Of a stretch of DNA of 64,000 nt, positions 1 through 7,778 are shown one piece after another. The stretch comes from a virus (taxonomy: Duplodnaviria > Caudoviricetes): positions 2,104 through 66,103 of the IMG/VR virus record IMGVR_UViG_3300048849_000173; one strand, given 5' to 3'. The position numbers and the translations under genes are program-made. Position 1 is the first letter of the stretch. Every line of letters begins with the position of its first letter. The notes under the pieces are model-generated. The model searched no databases and was not told the origin of the DNA. It worked only from the letters and a program-made list of their open reading frames with translations.

Positions 1-1159
1 TGATCTTGTCCATTGCCTGCATCAGGGCAGACCGGTCACCATTGTCCGCATCCAGCGCCAGCTCGCCCTGCTGAACGCCGACGCTCTGAAGGTCGACAAG
101 GTGCACGCCAGCTTTGGCGAAGTTATACCCGGGTTTGTAAATCAGACGCAGGCCTCGAACGGCCGCCCGCACCAAAATCGCAGTGTCGGAAGTGGGACGG
201 CGCAGCGGGACGGTCACCGACCGTGAGTACTGCGGCTCGCCCCGGCGGAACGGGCTGGTGTGGATAAAGACCATCAACCGCCCTGCCAAGCTTTCCTGCC
301 GGCGCAATTTTTCCGACGCCCGACTGACAAATTCTGTGACCGCTTGCACGAGGGCTTGCTCGGACTGCACGGGATGACCGAATGAACGTGTGCTCGCAAT
401 TTCTTTACGAGGCGCCGGCGCATCATCAAGACCGATGCATGAAACGCCTTGCAGTTCGCGCACCGTCCGCTCGAAAACAACGCTCCATCGGGATCGCGCC
501 ACGGTCGGATCCATTTGCGCGACGTCCAAAGCGGTGGATAGCCCTGCGGCTTTTAATTGCTCAGTAAGTCTCGGCCCGACGCCCCAAATTTCAGCTAGGT
601 CAGTAGCCGCCAGCACCGCCCTTACGTCCGGCAGCGGCATGGCCGCCAGGTTGCAAACGTGAGCGAGTTCTGCGGGATAGCTCCCTGGCTTTCGGTCTGC
701 TGCCTTGGCGATGTGATTTGCAAGCTTGGCGAGTGTCTTCGTCGCTCCTATTCCAATGCCGCAGGGTATCCCCACCCACTTGCGAATCCTGTGGCGCACG
801 GCATCTGCTCTGGCGGTGAGGTCGCCCGGCATGCCTGCCAAGCTGATGAATGACTCGTCGATCGAATAGATTTCCTGGGCGGGTCCCAGCCCCGCGGCGA
901 CGCTCATCATGCGATTGCTCAGGTCACCGTAGAGGGCAAAATTGGCTGAGAGCGCCACGATGCCGGCGTCTCCCATTTCCTTGCGGATCTGGAACCACGG
1001 CATGCCCATCTTCACGCCAAGTCGCTTCGCTTCCTCGCTCCTCGCGATCGCACAACCATCATTGTTGGACAAGACAATTACTGGAACGCCATTGAGCGAC
1101 GGCCGGAACAGCCTTTCGCAGCTGACGTAGAAGTTGTGGCCATCGATCAGGGCGAACAT
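1..1159 (-). CDS. umuC: Y-family DNA polymerase V catalytic subunit UmuC (3'-truncated by window edge; absent from ORF track)
   Basis: Manual translation from ATG at 1159 gives MFALIDGHNFYVSCERLFRP...EIYSIDESF...GIGIGATKTLAKLAN...EIWGVG...STRSFG...MQAMDKI. No stop codon was found in the stretches translated. Confidence 0.95.
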   Translation of the reverse strand, partial: MFALIDGHNFYVSCERLFRPSLNGVPVIVLSNNDGCAIARSEEAKRLGVKMGMPWFQIRKEMGDAGIVALSANFALYGDLSNRMMSVAAGLGPAQEIYSIDESFISLAGMPGDLTARADAVRHRIRKWVGIPCGIGIGATKTLAKLANHIAKAADRKPGSYPAELAHVCNLAAMPLPDVRAVLAATDLAEIWGVGPRLTEQLKAAGLSTALDVAQMDPTVARSRWSVVFERTVRELQGVSCIGLDDAPAPRKEIASTRSFGHPVQSEQALVQAVTEFVSRASEKLRRQESLAGRLMVFIHTSPFRRGEPQYSRSVTVPLRRPTSDTAILVRAAVRGLRLIYKPGYNFAKAGVHLVDLQSVGVQQGELALDADNGDRSALMQAMDKI

Positions 1160-1161
1160 CT

Positions 1162-1602
1162 TTAAACCTTAATCAGGCGTGTGATCGAGGATGTCACCAC
1201 GCCCCAGACTTCGATCGTCTCGCCTTCACTTGGAATGATGTCTGGGTACGTTGGGTCAGCTGCTACCAGGCGAAATGTTCCCCCGCGCTTGCGAAGATAC
1301 TTCACGGTGAAATGACCGTTCACGACTGCGCATACAACGTGACCAGCAGCTGGCTCGATTGCTCGGTCAACCACCAAGATGTCGCCGTCGTTGATCCCGG
1401 CCCCCACCATGGAAAAGCCTCCAGCGTGAAGAAGAAACGTTGCCTGGGGGTGGCGGATCAGTTCGTCTGCAAGATCAATCGGCTTACAAGCATAGTCGTC
1501 CGCAGGCGATGGGAAGCCTGCCTTCACCGACCCGTAGACCCGATGAATGGTCACAGGCCGGCAGACGGCAGGAATCACGATGTGGACATTTATACTGTAC
1601 AT
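1162..1602 (-). CDS. umuD: UmuD (S24 autopeptidase subunit of Pol V)
   Basis: KAGFPSPA cleavage site, GFSM Ser and FTVK Lys motifs; directly upstream of umuC. Confidence 0.95.
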   Translation of the reverse strand: MYSINVHIVIPAVCRPVTIHRVYGSVKAGFPSPADDYACKPIDLADELIRHPQATFLLHAGGFSMVGAGINDGDILVVDRAIEPAAGHVVCAVVNGHFTVKYLRKRGGTFRLVAADPTYPDIIPSEGETIEVWGVVTSSITRLIKV

Positions 1603-1612
1603 GCATACAGTA
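1593..1612. promoter_or_regulatory. LexA SOS box
   Basis: TACTGTACATGCATACAGTA fits CTGT-N8-ACAG as a near-perfect palindrome and overlaps the umuD ATG at 1602. Confidence 0.9.
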
Positions 1613-1723
1613 TAGAAGATGAGCCAGCACTTACGTCAAGGCATTCGGAGCGCAGGTTGCAACACAGCTCAATGCAGGTCCGCCCCAAGCTGCGCGTGGC
1701 AAAGTCAGCAATAGACGCACCTT

Positions 1724-2122
1724 TTGCAGCAACACATCCCACAAACTTTCATGCCGATGTCGCCTCGTAAACGCCCTGCCCTTGAACCAATGATGATGGT
1801 TCGCCTCCGCCAGCTCTGGATCGAGCATCCAGATGCCACCTCGCGCGCGCTTCTGGGAGAAATCGCACGTCTGCACGATGTGCTGCGTTCGGTTGACCAA
1901 TTGAGTGCCACGGTTGCGGCGGTATGGTTGGCTGAGCGCGGCGGGAGACTTGCAGCATTGCACCGCTTGAACTTGTTGCTGGAGCAAGAACCGGCGGTGA
2001 TGGAGCAGAAGGTGCGACGTGGTGGACGCGGGGTCGCTACTCAAGCGCGAGATGGGTATGTCGATGAAGACGACAAGGAATACCCCCCTACCCAGCTTGA
2101 CCCGCCGTACGACCAGATCTAA
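1724..2122 (+). CDS. Hypothetical protein of a type I recall next to SRAP/umuDC in betaproteobacterial prophages
   Basis: Protein-like 132-aa ORF (LRQLW..HPD...R.LL.EIARL; GG.L.ALH.L..LL.QEP), divergent from umuD. Confidence 0.6.
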   Translation: MQQHIPQTFMPMSPRKRPALEPMMMVRLRQLWIEHPDATSRALLGEIARLHDVLRSVDQLSATVAAVWLAERGGRLAALHRLNLLLEQEPAVMEQKVRRGGRGVATQARDGYVDEDDKEYPPTQLDPPYDQI

Positions 2123-2494
2123 CCCAGACTGAACATGGCGCGAATTTCTTCGCCTGCATTGACGTCGCCCAGCTAGTACCGGTCCACCAGCGCGGAGCAC
2201 TTTTCAGCCGCGGACTGCACCAGATCCTTGTGCGCTTCGGTGATTGGGTCGGTAACGTCTGCGTGCTTGGCCAAGTCTCTGCATCGGCACTACCCAATGC
2301 ATATGGCTGAGTGAGGTGATCGAGTTCTATTGCCCACTCCTTTAGTGAGCACCCAGTAAGTCGTTAGGCGCTCAGCACCTACTCGATTACGACTACTGCA
2401 GGCAAACGCGAGGGTTCGACATAGGCAGCCATTACCAACCGGTCACGGCCATCCCAAGCAGACAAACTTTGCTGTTAGAGCTAAGGCTGTGCGC

Positions 2495-2806
2495 GGAGAG
2501 CCCTAGCGCAACTAAGACCTCGGGCATGGCCTATGCACTGACGACTTCTTTGATCAGTGCCCGCACCGTATGGCATGCGCCAAGTGCTCGTTCTACATGC
2601 TCAAGGAGTCGTCCAATGCGCAATCGCTGGAGGCGAGTGCCAACCTTTCGCGCATGCTTAAGGAGATTCCGTTGCAGGAGGGTGAGCGGGCCGCAGTGGA
2701 GGGCATCGAGGCCATGGCCAAGCTGGCGAACACCCTGCGCGATACCGCCAAGCCTGGTGGACGTTCACCCGTCGAGATCGCTGTTACGGAGGTCTCAGCG
2801 AAGTGA
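2495..2806 (+). pseudogene. C-terminal fragment of a large tyrosine recombinase (Tn554/RIT-like Cys-rich tail)
   Basis: In-frame reading GEP*RN*DLGHGLCTDDFFDQCPHRMACAKCSFY...EIPLQEGERAAVEG has two stops; no catalytic N-terminal part was found. Confidence 0.65.
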
Positions 2807-2833
2807 TTGCAGTCGTTCAAGCGAAGCTTTTGA

Positions 2834-2895
2834 ACGTCGCATCTGGGCCGAAAGCGGTCGGCCGCGATTGGCAGCTTTCGACCCATCTGCGACAT
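2834..2895. repeat. Imperfect 26-bp inverted repeat made of two recombinase-core-like sites
   Basis: ACGTCGCATCTGGGCCGAAAGCGGTC (2834-2859), a 10-nt loop, then GGCAGCTTTCGACCCATCTGCGACAT (2870-2895); the arms match at 20/26 positions. Confidence 0.75.
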
Positions 2896-3092
2896 CCGTT
2901 GACGTGATCTCGCGGCCGCAAAGCTGACGCTCGAGTGCGTACCGCGGCGCCTTTGGTAGACGACGTGCGCACTCACCTGTAATCTCGGAACTCTGCGGAT
3001 ACCACTCATTTTCGCCGTGGGAAGTGACAGAGCCTTCGCCGCGAAATGCGACATGCAACTGCGCGACAGCGCTGAGCGCAAAGGGGAAGATT

Positions 3093-4871
3093 GTGATACT
3101 GACCTGTTTGAGGCTGGGTGTTGCTGTTGCGGCGATCTTGAGCGCTGTAAGTCTTCCAGGGCGCGCATGGGCATGGGAATGCCGTGACTGCTCTAAGACA
3201 TGCTGCACCACCGCAGACCTTGGCATTTTGGGTTCACCCACCGTTTGTGAACCGACCTGCCAGGCGGCTTGCGCTGTCGCAAATGTCGGTTGCGGCGTGA
3301 TTGACCTGACCCCCCCAGGGCTTCCGCCGGGGACTATTCCGCCGGTCCCGATCCCCCAAGTTGATCTCGATCCTGCTGTCGGCTTGGCGGTCTTAACCGG
3401 TGGCATGGTGAACCCTTTAACGCAGAAGGCCGCCAACGACGCCGTCTGGAATTTGACCAAAGCAGTGAAGGATGCTGCTTGGAACCTGGACAAAGCCGGC
3501 AAGGACGCCGAAGCTGAGGTCGGCCGCGTCGGCCGCGACGCAGAAGCCTTCGGGAACGCGGCTAAGCACTACGGGGAAGCGGTGGTCAAAGGTACGGGCC
3601 TGTCCTTGGACAAGGCGTTCACCAGGGTTCGCGAAGGCAAAGTCGTCGACGCGCTATGGCACATGGCGACCGACACTGTGGTGAACCAGAGCGATGCAGC
3701 GGCCGCGGCCGCACAGGAAAGCTCCATCCTGCGCACGGTTGGCCAGGTGGCCGCATCCGTGTACGGCGGGCCGGCCGGGAGCGCGGCTTACGCGGCTTGG
3801 CTGGCGTACTACCAATCGGGCGGGGACGTCAGCCTCGCCCTGCGGGTCGGCATCATCAGCGGCGCGACGGCCTACGCAATGGCCGGCGCTGGCAACATTC
3901 CGACGCGCGACGCGAATGGGGCGCTTGTGGCGAGTGCCGTCGCCAAGCGTGCGGCGGTGACGGGTGCGATCGGAGGCTTGGCGATCGCTGCAGCGGGAGG
4001 GGACGAGAACGCCGTTCGGGACGGATTCCTGCGCGCTGGCGCCATGGTGCTGATCCAGGAAGGCTATCGAGAGTACACGAAGCACCCCCTGTCTGAAAGC
4101 GACACCGAAGGCAAGCCGAGCGGCTTAAAGGCATCTAGCGGTGACGCGTACTGTGTCTCCACAGTGGTCAATTGCCGAACGCCTCCGCCAGGTGCTGCCA
4201 GGATTGTCGATGGCAAGTTCCAAGGATGGGACCAATCTAAACTTGATCCGTCTGCTCCGCACGTCGGCAATTCGTCCGATCTTTCGTCGACCTTCAAGTG
4301 GCCTGCGACGGGCGAGGGCGCTCCAATAATGACGGTCATTTCGAAGATCCCGGGCGCCAACGCCATGGGCGTCTTCCACGACCAGTGGGCGCTTGGCTGG
4401 AACATGCCACCAGGGGTTCTTCAGGCGACGATCTATCCCGCGGTGATCCTCACGTACAACGGCACGAGCGCGCCACTCATGGAGATCGTGCGTGAGCAGG
4501 CCGTCAAGAAAAACGCCAATAGCTCTGCAGCAGGGCCGGCTGCAGCTCAGGCGCCACCGCTGGATGGTGCTGGCAGCGTAATCCTCGTGAACCGCGATGC
4601 CATCAAGACTGATCCGATTCAGCATCAGCGGCTTGAGGTGGCCTACTCCTGCGCAACGTCGACCGACGACCGATCCATCGCTGTAGAGGTCGACGACCAG
4701 AAGAAAACGTTCGCCTGTCGCGTGGTATACCGCGCCAATGGGCAACGCACCGTGCCGTGGCGATCGGCGAATGACACGCAGTATTGCTACAAGCCAGCGA
4801 TGACGTTGGCCAACACGCAGGTCGACGCCGGATACCAGTGTGGAGTGGCCTTCGCGACTCCGCGCAAGTAG
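3093..4871 (+). CDS. Secreted multidomain protein of unknown function (signal peptide, Cys-rich N-terminus, helical repeat, Gly/Ala-rich hydrophobic segment, Cys-containing C-terminal domain)
   Basis: ORF 3024..4871; likely GTG start at 3093 after a GGGGA RBS. LRLGVAVAAILSAVSLPGRAWA resembles a signal peptide. Confidence 0.75.
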   Translation: MILTCLRLGVAVAAILSAVSLPGRAWAWECRDCSKTCCTTADLGILGSPTVCEPTCQAACAVANVGCGVIDLTPPGLPPGTIPPVPIPQVDLDPAVGLAVLTGGMVNPLTQKAANDAVWNLTKAVKDAAWNLDKAGKDAEAEVGRVGRDAEAFGNAAKHYGEAVVKGTGLSLDKAFTRVREGKVVDALWHMATDTVVNQSDAAAAAAQESSILRTVGQVAASVYGGPAGSAAYAAWLAYYQSGGDVSLALRVGIISGATAYAMAGAGNIPTRDANGALVASAVAKRAAVTGAIGGLAIAAAGGDENAVRDGFLRAGAMVLIQEGYREYTKHPLSESDTEGKPSGLKASSGDAYCVSTVVNCRTPPPGAARIVDGKFQGWDQSKLDPSAPHVGNSSDLSSTFKWPATGEGAPIMTVISKIPGANAMGVFHDQWALGWNMPPGVLQATIYPAVILTYNGTSAPLMEIVREQAVKKNANSSAAGPAAAQAPPLDGAGSVILVNRDAIKTDPIQHQRLEVAYSCATSTDDRSIAVEVDDQKKTFACRVVYRANGQRTVPWRSANDTQYCYKPAMTLANTQVDAGYQCGVAFATPRK

Positions 4872-4879
4872 CTTCGCAG

Positions 4880-4905
4880 GTGCCTTCCGGGGCGCGCCTG
4901 CTGCC
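4880..4905. repeat. Degenerate core-like repeat
   Basis: GTGCCTTCC-GGGGCG-CGCCTGCTGCC, directly after the stop of 3093..4871. Confidence 0.4.
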
Positions 4906-4922
4906 GATCTGCTAACGCGCCA

Positions 4923-5160
4923 TCACTTTCCCTGGAACAACCGGTTGTAGTTGAACCGGCGAACGATTTCCGCCCGCAGCCCGGTCGCTTGCGGATGCAG
5001 CGGGTTGATGAACGCCGCCGACTCCTCAGGAACGATGACCGACGGTACCTACAGGATCGCCATCTTCGCTCTACCTAACAAGCTGCTGGCCGCCCGCACC
5101 CTGGCGCTGCCCGCCGGAATGGAATCCCACGACGCGGATAGCCTGCTGACATCCATCACC
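4923..5160 (-). pseudogene. RES-domain toxin C-terminal fragment with an internal stop
   Basis: Manual translation: SWDSIPAGSARVRAASSLLGRAKMAIL*VPSVIVPEESAAFINPLHPQATGLRAEIVRRFNYNRLF. VPS.IVPEE...INP.HP is the RES signature. Confidence 0.75.
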
Positions 5161-5292
5161 TTTCATGCAGCCCAAACGATATCCGGACTTCAACTTCTTC
5201 GCTTGCATGGAGTGCCAGCTCATCGACCGCAAGATTTGGCAGACAAAAAATTCTGGCATACACAGCTTGCTCGAAAGCCGTCACTCACGGCC

Positions 5293-5317
5293 GACTGCTT
5301 CTGGCCGGCAAGCGACC
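5293..5317. repeat. Core-like repeat
   Basis: GACTGCTTC-TGGCCG-GCAAGCGACC; the first 15 nt are identical to 6638-6652. Confidence 0.7.
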
Positions 5318-5336
5318 GCTCGCCGGCCGGGACGTA

Positions 5337-5961
5337 TCAAACTTCGGTTTTTTCAGCAATCTCAAGAGCATCGTCGACCTCGATGCCCAGATAGCGAACT
5401 GTGCTTTCCAGCTTCGGATGCCCGAGCAGCAGCGGTACGGCCCGAAGATTCTTCGTCCGGCGGCTGATCAGCGAGGCTTTTGTACGGCGCATAGTGTGAG
5501 TTCCGTATGTGGTGTCGTCGAGTCCAATCGATGCTATCCAGCGATGCACAATCCGGGCGTACTGCCGCGTCGACAGATGCAGCGACGCATGCAACCGGCT
5601 CGGAAACAGAAATTCCGCAGCCTTTAGCCCTCGCGCTTCGATCCATGCATCAAGGCTCTCACGGGTGCTCCGTAATCTCGAATTGGACCGGACGCTGGGT
5701 CTTCTGTTGCATTACGGTAGCGCTCGTGCCTACGTGGCTTCCGTGACGGATGTCCTGTACCTGCAATCGCGTGAGATTACACGCTCGAAGCTTGCTATCA
5801 ATTGCGAGATTGAACATCGCGAGTTCTCGGATGTTCGAAGCTATCTGATGGCTCATTCGGATTGCCCAAATTTCTTGGAGCTTTAGGGGCGGCTTTTGCC
5901 CGGTGAGCTTCCCCTTGTTCCATGGCGCACGACGGCCAACGGCGGCATTGGCGGATTCCAT
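5337..5961 (-). pseudogene. Small (~200 aa) tyrosine recombinase, frameshifted
   Basis: N-half PWNKGK...GQKPPLK...DSKLRACNL...QQKT.RPVQFEITE and C-half LFPSR..HLSTRQYARIV...YGTHTMRRTK...LLLGH.KLESTVRYLG are joined by a frame change at GAGCACCCGTGAG near 5660. Confidence 0.88.
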
Positions 5962-6009
5962 GACAATCTCCTTTTGAGTAAATGGAGATTCAGTATGCTC
6001 TTACGGAGG

Positions 6010-6033
6010 GGCGCTATTCGACCCAAAGCAGAC
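6010..6033. repeat. Core-like repeat (reverse orientation)
   Basis: GGCGCTATT-CGACCC-AAAGCAGAC shares TTCGACCCA with 2877-2885 and AAGCAGACAA with 2456-2465. Confidence 0.7.
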
Positions 6034-6065
6034 AACTATCTGCGCCGACGGTCGGGCAGAAATTG

Positions 6066-6515
6066 TTAGTCATGACGACTGCCAATTTTCACTTCTAGCC
6101 ACTTAAGAAAACCGGAAATGGGCGGGATAAGAACAGCTGCAGCAATTGCTGTGAAGGGTGGAAACAGGACAGACATGGATGACGTTATTGCATTCAAAAG
6201 GTATGGACTCGGATCAATACCAATCCATTTATTAGTTTCAAAAAACATTGCAAGCAGGTATAGGAACGCAGGAAATAAATATGCACCGACATAAATAACT
6301 TTCGCGTCCGATATCCATTTCAACACGCCCGCTGATCCAAAACAAACACAAACAGCTGATATTAAACCAAAAATATATTGACCATAAAAAAATGCTTGGT
6401 ATAGATCAAACAAAATGCAAAGCACCGTACAAATTATCAGCGTTGATTCAAAGATTGATGCAGGATGCTTGATTTCATTGAGAGCCTTCAAGCCAGTTCG
6501 GAATTTATTGAGCAT
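6066..6515 (-). CDS. AT-rich membrane protein (about 4 hydrophobic segments), function unknown
   Basis: 149-aa ORF with long hydrophobic stretches; visibly AT-rich compared with its flanks. Confidence 0.7.
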   Translation of the reverse strand: MLNKFRTGLKALNEIKHPASIFESTLIICTVLCILFDLYQAFFYGQYIFGLISAVCVCFGSAGVLKWISDAKVIYVGAYLFPAFLYLLAMFFETNKWIGIDPSPYLLNAITSSMSVLFPPFTAIAAAVLIPPISGFLKWLEVKIGSRHD

Positions 6516-6600
6516 AAAGACTTAGGTTTAGTTAAGATGCCTGATAAAGAGATTGTGACTATAGAGGAAAATAAGCTTTGCGTTTGAAAAAAACAAGATT

Positions 6601-6707
6601 GCAGTTTGTCGGGCGCATCAACTTCAAATGGTAGGGTGACTGCTTCTGGCCGAAATCGGAAGTTTAAGCTCATGGAGCAACTGCCGGCCTTAGGGCGCAT
6701 TTGGAAG
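6601..6707. repeat. Three tandem core-like repeats
   Basis: GCAGTTTGTC-GGGCGC-ATCAACTTC (6601-6625), GACTGCTTC-TGGCCG-AAATCGGAA (6638-6661) and GCCGGCCTTA-GGGCGC-ATTTGGAAG (6683-6707). Confidence 0.55.
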
Positions 6708-6801
6708 ATGCGGATGGTATGCGGAGATGCCGGACTGGTAGCGCGAGATTCCCAGGCATTCAACCCCAGGCGAACGCAGCAAGGTGCTCTCCGCCAACGT
6801 A

Positions 6802-7692
6802 TCAATATATTTTTCTGATGACGATCAACGCGGGTTCGAGCTCGCCACCTTTTGTTTTTGGCTTTCGGATTAACGAAACATCAGCCCTGAAGCGCGTCTT
6901 ACCAAAAAGCGCATCCGGTTCTAATGCAGGATCAATTTCAACTTTCAATCGACCTGTTCGATCCTCAATTGCGCCAGCCCAACCGGTTTTCTTGTTATCA
7001 AGATCAGTAGCCCGCAGTCGGACGTAAACACCAGTGAGCTCATCGACAGCCTGAAGCGGTACTTCTTTTACAGATCTTGGTGTACTTTCTATCGATTCCG
7101 AAGTGATCACCAACTGATCTCTACCGTCGAGTGTGATCTGTGAATTTGGGTCATTGCGTGCTGGTACCATCAGCTGAACCGCCGCCCGCGCCAGCTCGGT
7201 TTTATTCGTAACTGCCGATTCAATCACTGACTGAAAACCTTCCGGCGTAAGCCCCACTTGCCCTGCGCCGAAATTCATAATCACATTGTTGTTCGCTTGA
7301 ATGCTCGTCGTCGGACCGCTGGCAGTCTTGGTTGCGAGCATCGCGCCATAGACGGCAAGTCCTCCGAAGACCGCTCCAATGATTGCGCTTTTCACGACGG
7401 GCTTCCCATCAATTTTTACCTTAATTTTTTTCAGGAATGCATGAAGCTCTTCTTCGCTATCGAAGAAGAAGTTGATTGCGATCTTTTCCCAAAGACTCCC
7501 TGATTTGACGCGCTCAATAAACACCTCTGTCCTGGAAATTGTCACGTCGGACAACTTCTCAAGAGCCCGCGGCATCGATTTCAACAGCCTCTCTAATGCC
7601 TGGAGGGAGGCGATGACGTCAGCGATCGGAACCGGTGTTTTGACGTTGTAATAGATTTCGTGTTCCGCCGTGTATACAAACTGCGTCATCAA
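6802..7692 (-). CDS. Hypothetical cargo protein (296 aa)
   Basis: Long protein-like ORF, lower GC than the phage core, with one central hydrophobic segment (SAIIGAVFGGLAVYGAMLA). Confidence 0.8.
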   Translation of the reverse strand: MMTQFVYTAEHEIYYNVKTPVPIADVIASLQALERLLKSMPRALEKLSDVTISRTEVFIERVKSGSLWEKIAINFFFDSEEELHAFLKKIKVKIDGKPVVKSAIIGAVFGGLAVYGAMLATKTASGPTTSIQANNNVIMNFGAGQVGLTPEGFQSVIESAVTNKTELARAAVQLMVPARNDPNSQITLDGRDQLVITSESIESTPRSVKEVPLQAVDELTGVYVRLRATDLDNKKTGWAGAIEDRTGRLKVEIDPALEPDALFGKTRFRADVSLIRKPKTKGGELEPALIVIRKIY

Positions 7693-7778
7693 TCCCTCAC
7701 CTTGGTTGTTGCATTATTCCAGCGGGATGATACTAATTTGCAGTTAACACTGCCGCCAACCATTTATCACGAGTCATC

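Noticed and set aside
715-723. GATTTGCAA matching the tRNA-Cys anticodon loop as a possible distal att site
   Set aside because: Only 9 bp, inside intact umuC coding sequence, and the flanks do not match the tRNA; the att is probably outside the window.
1-1159. umuC missing from the ORF track, suggesting a pseudogene
   Set aside because: Manual translation shows an open frame with all motifs; it is simply cut by the window edge.
2119-2290. Minus-strand protein-like fragment (AKHADVTDPITEAHKDLVQSAAEKCSALVDRY*LGDV...)
   Set aside because: Short, interrupted and not assignable to any family; too weak to call.
2446-6707. Repeats as a CRISPR array or integron attC sites
   Set aside because: Spacing is irregular and gene-sized, orientation alternates, no cas genes are present, there are no RYYYAAC/GTTRRRY ends, and the recombinase lacks the IntI insertion.
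7700-7778. SOS box upstream of SRAP
   Set aside because: No CTGT-N8-ACAG match was found.
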